The notes under the pieces: generated by a model
Seen by the model: the letters and a program-made list of their open reading frames with translations, nothing else
The model's database searches: none
What the model was told of the DNA's origin: nothing
Shown: in pieces, positions 59,075-64,000 of the stretch
How the letters are laid out: every line of letters starts with the position of its first letter
Numbering within the stretch: position 1 is the first letter of the stretch
Source of the DNA: an uncultured Chlamydiales bacterium
GTDB lineage: Bacteria > Chlamydiota > Chlamydiia > Chlamydiales > Rhabdochlamydiaceae
DNA: 64,000 nucleotides
Direction: 5' to 3'
Assembly: GCA_963700985.1 (NCBI GenBank)
Contig: OY969554.1
Coordinates: 1,888,001 to 1,952,000, forward strand
Made by a program: the position numbers and the translations under genes

Positions 59075-60213
59075 TTAAAAACGTCGAAATCGAGGCCGCT
59101 TGCTGTGATTTGTTCGGTTAGGGGAAATCCTTGGTTACCTGGGAAAATAACATAGAGATGATCCAGCTTTAAATCTTTGCAGGCAATGAGCATGGAAGGG
59201 GTAACTTTAGGTCTATCGGTGTATTTAAACTCAAATCCCAGACGCTTTCCGTCTTTGACAATCAGCAAATCCAATTCTGCGCCCGATTGGGTTCCCCAGA
59301 AATAGCACTCTTCTGGTGCGGCATGGAGTTGGCGGATGATCTCTTCTAAAGCAAATCCCTCCCAAAAGGATCCAAGTTTGGGATAAACATCTAGTTCTGA
59401 TTCATTTCGCAGACCTAATAAAGCGTGCAAGATGCCACTATCTCTGAAGTAAATTTTCGGCGACTTGATTTGCCGTTTTTCGAGATTTTCAAACCAGGGA
59501 TTGAGAACTCGAATCATGAAAGTTCCAGCAAGAATATCTAAATACTTGCGAACGGTATGACCCGAAATGCCCAAAGATTTTCCGAGCTCTGCTGCTGTGA
59601 AAATTTGACCATGATAATGGACCAGCATAAGCCAGAAACGTCGCATCTGTGGAGGAGGAATCTGAAAACCAAGGCTGGGAATATCTCTTTCGAGAAATGT
59701 AGTAATGTAGGATTGCCGCCACAAAAAGCTATCTTCATTATTGGTTGCTAAAAATGAGCGAGGAAAGCCTCCTCTGAGCCAGAGTAGAGGGGTGTTTTGG
59801 ACCTCATCTAATGAAAATGGCATTAGTTCGAGATAGCCGATGCGGCCGGCTAAGGTTTCTGAGGACTGGCGAATTAGGTCCCTTGAAGCGCTGCCTAAGA
59901 TGAGGAATTTCCGCTTTGATTTCACTTCATCGACAAGTACGCGGATCACAGGGAATAGCTCCGGCCTGCGCTGGATCTCGTCGATAATGATCAGTTGGTT
60001 TGAGAGTTTGGATAGAGCAAGCATTGGGTTTTCGAGTCTAGAGAGGTCGAGGGGATTTTCTAGATCGAAGAAGTGGACCTTTTCTTTAGGATGTCTCTCT
60101 ATGAACATCTTTGCCAAAGTCGTTTTGCCTACTTGACGTGGTCCAAGAATGGCGCAAATGGGGTGGATGTTGAATTGCTGCTCTATATCACTCAGATACT
60201 TAGGTCTTTGCAT
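59056..60213 (-). CDS. AAA+ ATPase (AAA_14 plus DUF4143 type)
   Basis: Motifs GPRQVGKT, IIDEIQ, SETLAGR, RGGFP, KSPKIYFRDSG and ELDL...FEFK. Confidence 0.9.
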   Translation of the reverse strand: MQRPKYLSDIEQQFNIHPICAILGPRQVGKTTLAKMFIERHPKEKVHFFDLENPLDLSRLENPMLALSKLSNQLIIIDEIQRRPELFPVIRVLVDEVKSKRKFLILGSASRDLIRQSSETLAGRIGYLELMPFSLDEVQNTPLLWLRGGFPRSFLATNNEDSFLWRQSYITTFLERDIPSLGFQIPPPQMRRFWLMLVHYHGQIFTAAELGKSLGISGHTVRKYLDILAGTFMIRVLNPWFENLEKRQIKSPKIYFRDSGILHALLGLRNESELDVYPKLGSFWEGFALEEIIRQLHAAPEECYFWGTQSGAELDLLIVKDGKRLGFEFKYTDRPKVTPSMLIACKDLKLDHLYVIFPGNQGFPLTEQITASGLDFDVFKRVSTK

Positions 60214-60216
60214 AAA

Positions 60217-60257
60217 CACCTTGTATTTTTGAACTTTAAGTTCCATTTTACAAGGTG
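60217..60257. promoter_or_regulatory. Dyad immediately upstream of the AAA ATPase start (candidate operator)
   Basis: CACCTTGTA-N5-GAACTT-T-AAGTTC-N5-TACAAGGTG. Confidence 0.6.
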
Positions 60258-60437
60258 CTAATTAAAACGTCAACTTTGCCCTTTTTAACCTTCTTTCCAG
60301 AAATTGCAGAAAAATATGAGTTTATATTCTTTCGTAAATAGCTTACTTTCAGATAATTATATTATAAATTTATTTTTGACAAAATCTGCTATTGTTGTTA
60401 AAATAAATAGAAATTTTTAATTAATTTTTTATGTTTT

Positions 60438-61544
60438 ATGGTTGTTAGATTTAATTCTTATTATAAGTCCTCTGATCTTTCTATAATCACCGACCTTGAA
60501 AGTCAGATGCCATCTCTGCTTTTAAGGGATGCAAGCTTACAAGAGAGAGTCACGCGCCTTGTTCAAGATCAACCCATACGTCAATATCTTGAGCATCCAT
60601 TCAGGTCTCACGATCAAACTGAGCTGCACCAAGCGAGTTGGAGAGCTCTTAGTCCTTGCGTATTATATCATAACAGCCTTGGTGACTGGGTCATTAAAAC
60701 CAATTATGGCGATGGAGAGAATGGGAAATTCGTTGGAGAGCTAATCTGGCGAGGTGACGACATGGTCGCTGAATTTCCAGCTGGACGTTTTGATAATCTC
60801 CAAAGGCCTCTTGCAAGTCAAATTTTGCGAAGAGGAGCACAAGCTGTAGGCCTAGATCTCGCTGTTCCCGAAGAATATCTAGTTCCCATTCCAAACCCAC
60901 AAGGCCGTGATTTACGACAGCGTTTTTTTGTACTTAGCCAGAGATTTAACCTGCCTTTAGACTGCTTAAGCGGTTGGGAAAGATACTACGATCGTCCAGA
61001 TGAGCTAAGAAATTTAGTACGCAAGATATGCAATTACATTATCGTCACAGGCAAAGGCGATGCTGATGTTACAAATCTGCGTTTTACGCAAGAGGGACAG
61101 CTAGTTGATGTGGATAGCGAGACTGTGGGTCTTTTGAAGGATGTTCAAGAGTTATCCGCCAAAGAAAAAGCTGATCTAGCGCCTATTCCCACGATAATAC
61201 GTATTCAAGGCTATGCAGAGGCTGGACTGGAACGATTTAAGACTTCTTTTAACGACAAAATTCGCCAGAGTGACAGCAATAGATCACGACTAAGTTTTAT
61301 TTCCGGGATCATCCACGACGAAGTAGAACAGGCAAAACGCGCTAATGATGATTGGTTCCGAGATCTTCCAGCAAGAGGGCTGCCTGAAGAAACATTCAAG
61401 GCAGTGCACGTCGAAGCTAATGCACAATACAACTGGGGTCTGATCATCGCGAGTGTTTTAATGCCGCTTATTCCTCTGATCTTGCTGATCGAATCAGCAA
61501 TTCATGAATGGCGCACTACTCCCCAAGCTATTCCCTCAACTTAA
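60438..61544 (+). CDS. Hypothetical protein with kinase-like motifs and a C-terminal TM helix
   Basis: VIK87, GD208ADVTN213 and VD226SE. Hydrophobic WGLIIASVLMPLIPLILLI near the C-terminus. Confidence 0.6.
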   Translation: MVVRFNSYYKSSDLSIITDLESQMPSLLLRDASLQERVTRLVQDQPIRQYLEHPFRSHDQTELHQASWRALSPCVLYHNSLGDWVIKTNYGDGENGKFVGELIWRGDDMVAEFPAGRFDNLQRPLASQILRRGAQAVGLDLAVPEEYLVPIPNPQGRDLRQRFFVLSQRFNLPLDCLSGWERYYDRPDELRNLVRKICNYIIVTGKGDADVTNLRFTQEGQLVDVDSETVGLLKDVQELSAKEKADLAPIPTIIRIQGYAEAGLERFKTSFNDKIRQSDSNRSRLSFISGIIHDEVEQAKRANDDWFRDLPARGLPEETFKAVHVEANAQYNWGLIIASVLMPLIPLILLIESAIHEWRTTPQAIPST

Positions 61545-62068
61545 AATAGTAACGGATTCTCTAGCTCGACAGAGAGGGGATTGCTCTCAGTGTGGCCTAC
61601 TTTCACGTGGCCCATGATCTGCACACCTTCATCGACACTAAGGGTTAGAGCGGAGATATCGCCTTTTATCTCAGCGCGGCCGCGGAGCACGAGACGATTG
61701 CGCACGCGGATATTTCCTTCAACTTTTCCTGAGATGAATGCCTCATCTAAATTGATATCAGCCTTAACATGTGCTTTTGGGCCAACGATGAGTTTGCCTT
61801 GAGATACGAGCTCACCTTCAAAGGTGCCATCGATGCGCAGGACGTTTTGAAAAATCAGACTGCCGCGCATGGAGACATTTTCGCTGATGGTGGTTTCGGG
61901 CTCTTCGCTTATCTCTTGTTCAGGAACGCTTGGTGCGGGGGCAAGTGAAGCGGGGAGTGGCTGGGTTCTGAGTGCGGAAGGAAAAGGAAGTGTGAGGGGA
62001 GAGTAGTCGGTATCGCCTGGAGATGTGATCTCTTTATCTAAATAGCTCTTTGGATATTTCTTAAACAT
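61541..62068 (-). CDS. Bactofilin (polymer-forming cytoskeletal protein)
   Basis: Beta-helix pattern LRIDGTFEGEL, LIVG, ISGKVEGNI and LSVDEGV. Adjacent to dnaA, as in Chlamydia. Confidence 0.9.
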   Translation of the reverse strand: MFKKYPKSYLDKEITSPGDTDYSPLTLPFPSALRTQPLPASLAPAPSVPEQEISEEPETTISENVSMRGSLIFQNVLRIDGTFEGELVSQGKLIVGPKAHVKADINLDEAFISGKVEGNIRVRNRLVLRGRAEIKGDISALTLSVDEGVQIMGHVKVGHTESNPLSVELENPLLF

Positions 62069-62120
62069 CAAACCCTCCGCTAGTAAACTAGCTGCAAGAG
62101 TTCAATTATTGCAGCTCGTT

Positions 62121-63458
62121 CTAATTTTCTAAATTGCGCCGCGCCATCTGTATTTGGCGTCTTAGCATCTCATCTTCTTCTAGCCTTGTGGCGACTTTTT
62201 TCCAAGCATGGAGAAGAGTTGAGTGGGTTTTACCTCCGAAATTGGAGGCGAGTTTGATGAGAGATTCGTTGATGAGTTCTTTGGCAAGATACATAGCTAC
62301 TTGACGGGGAAAAGCGATCTCTTTGGTTCTAGAATCCCCGCGTAAATCACTAATGCGCACTTCAAAAATAGCCGCCACGCTTTTCAGGATATTTTCCACC
62401 GTAACGCGTTTTTGAGGGGAGGGTTGGAAGAGTTCGCTGAGGGTCTTTTCCACCACTTCTTCGGTTACATCCAGCTGCATTAGGCGGCAGTATGCGCAAA
62501 GCCGGTTGATGGCGCCTTCCAGCTGTCTTACGTTATTAAAGATATGTTCTGCGATCACGAAAGCTGCTTTGTGGGGGATGCGTAGACCTTTTTGTTCAGC
62601 TTTATGCTGAATGATGGCCACACGCGTCTCTAAATCGGGGATACCGACATTCGCAACTAGACCCCATTCCATGCGTGCGATCATTCTTTCTGAGAGTTTC
62701 AGTTGTCCGGGTGGCTTATCTGAGGTGATCACGATCTGCTTATTCTGATTGATCAGGCTTTCAAAAGTATTACATAGCTCTTCTTCGAAGTTGAGCCGGC
62801 TTTGCAGAAACTGGATATCATCCACCAGCAGTACATCTAAAGAACGGTAGTATTTTTTCATCTGGTCCATCGACTTGTGACGCAGATTGTCGACGATGTC
62901 GTTAATGAACCCTTCGGTGGTAATGCACTGGATGCGTATTTTTTTATTCGTATCTTTAATGTTATGGCCAATGGCGTGCAGAAGATGCGTTTTGCCAAGA
63001 CCGACTCCGCCGTGGATAAAGAGGGGATTATAGGATTTGCCAGGTCTTCCGGCCACGCCAAGCGCCGCGGATTTCACAAATTGATTTGCGGGACCTTCGA
63101 TGAAATCATCGAATCGATAAGTTGGATTAAGTTTCAACTCGCGGCCCGAGGCAGCATCCGCAGCAGCATGTGAAATAACAGCAGGAGCATGCACAGTTTT
63201 TTTGTGTTCAGCGATCACAAAACTCACCGCTGGCTCGCTATTTGCTTTTAGTGGCACGAAACTGCATAGATCTTTCTTGTAATTGGCGATCAAGTATTCT
63301 TGAACGAAAATGTTCGGTACTTCGAGCACAATTCCTTCGGACGTAGCTTCGAGAAGCTTGATCGGCGCAATCCAATTCTCATATTCCGTGGCAGAGCAGC
63401 GCTCGCCGATGAATTCGAGAAATTGGGTCCAGGTGTCGTGCGGATTACTAGTTAGCAT
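62121..63458 (-). CDS. dnaA: Chromosomal replication initiator DnaA
   Basis: Motifs [33 protein letters not shown] and PRQVAMYL. Confidence 0.97.
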   Translation of the reverse strand: MLTSNPHDTWTQFLEFIGERCSATEYENWIAPIKLLEATSEGIVLEVPNIFVQEYLIANYKKDLCSFVPLKANSEPAVSFVIAEHKKTVHAPAVISHAAADAASGRELKLNPTYRFDDFIEGPANQFVKSAALGVAGRPGKSYNPLFIHGGVGLGKTHLLHAIGHNIKDTNKKIRIQCITTEGFINDIVDNLRHKSMDQMKKYYRSLDVLLVDDIQFLQSRLNFEEELCNTFESLINQNKQIVITSDKPPGQLKLSERMIARMEWGLVANVGIPDLETRVAIIQHKAEQKGLRIPHKAAFVIAEHIFNNVRQLEGAINRLCAYCRLMQLDVTEEVVEKTLSELFQPSPQKRVTVENILKSVAAIFEVRISDLRGDSRTKEIAFPRQVAMYLAKELINESLIKLASNFGGKTHSTLLHAWKKVATRLEEDEMLRRQIQMARRNLEN

Positions 63459-63658
63459 AAGTTATGAACAACCTTTCCACAATATGCTGTGGAGGCTATT
63501 TTATGCCGCCAATCTAACATCGCAATGCAATGGTCGCAACAAAATTGTCGGCATGTCTGATACATCTTTCTTAACCCTTTGGAATTCAGCGAATGATTCA
63601 CATTGCTGTAACAGATTCGGCGTAAAGTGAGCAAATAGATTATCCGAAATTGAAGAAT

Positions 63659-63770
63659 TTAAACCACCGAGATCGCTGTGAATCCAGAGAAAAGAGAAAG
63701 AAGTTAACAAGGATCCTGCCCATCCTGTTTATTTTTCTTCCCTCTGTGTTCTCTGTGACTCGTGGTTTAA
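63659..63770. repeat. Imperfect intergenic palindrome (AACCAC...GTGGTT type)
   Basis: TTAAACCAC...CTCTGTGTTCTCTGTGACTCGTGGTTTAA. The right arm resembles 25451-25476, and ACCACCGAGATC recurs at 18679. Confidence 0.6.
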
Positions 63771-63778
63771 TCTTCTTA

Positions 63779-64000
63779 TTAAGAAGTGTAGGCGAGAATG
63801 AGCGCGGTCGCTTGATTGGCGATCTGTTCGATCGGGCAGGTCAGCAAACTTTTGGCGGATGCAAGTCCCTGTTTTTTATAACCGAGGCTAAAGAGAGCTT
63901 TAACGCGGTTAAGTAATGTTGGATAGTGATGAGGATCGAGCTTAAGCGCTTTCTCAATTGTATTAAGCGCCATCAGATTATTGTTCTTCTGAAGATAGAG
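63779..64000 (-). CDS. TPR protein (CT274-like putative type III secretion chaperone), 3' part only
   Basis: ALNTIEKALKLDPHHYPTLLNRVKALFSLG is TPR-like. Position upstream of dnaA matches CT274 as I recall it. Confidence 0.7.
   Translation of the reverse strand, partial: LYLQKNNNLMALNTIEKALKLDPHHYPTLLNRVKALFSLGYKKQGLASAKSLLTCPIEQIANQATALILAYTS

Noticed and set aside
58782-59121. Opposing ORFs sharing the peptide GLLCRHP
   Set aside because: This is a by-product of the terminal inverted repeats of the 246-bp element.
62090-62116. AGCTGCAA-N11-TTGCAGCT hairpin between dnaA and the bactofilin gene as a terminator
   Set aside because: Large loop and no convincing U-tract; function cannot be assigned.

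Overview
Chromosomal segment of an environmental chlamydia (phylum Chlamydiota; inferred from gene content and order). The backbone follows the order I recall from Chlamydia trachomatis: alaS/tkt/hemE..hemY, then CT296-like/rnc/radA/hemC, sod/accD/dut/ptsN/ptsN, mnmA/clpC/lplA, CT283-like/gcvH, and bactofilin/dnaA/TPR. It is interrupted by accessory genes: MORN, ankyrin and F-box putative effectors, three tandem paralogs of unknown function, an EmrAB-TolC efflux operon, MgtA and three toxin-antitoxin loci. The most unusual item is a type IV AbiE locus whose AbiEi antitoxin is fused to a trypsin-like serine protease domain with an apparently intact His-Asp-Ser triad. Other points of note are two copies of a ~185-bp structured palindromic element (one disrupts argO/lysE, one sits at the start of the efflux lipoprotein gene), a second 246-bp element that supplies the stop codon of an AAA ATPase gene, a CaaX-bearing MORN protein, an inverted hemF, an mnmA split at an A9 run and two degraded toxins. 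I recognised no rRNA, tRNA or CRISPR array. All calls were made by eye, without database searches.
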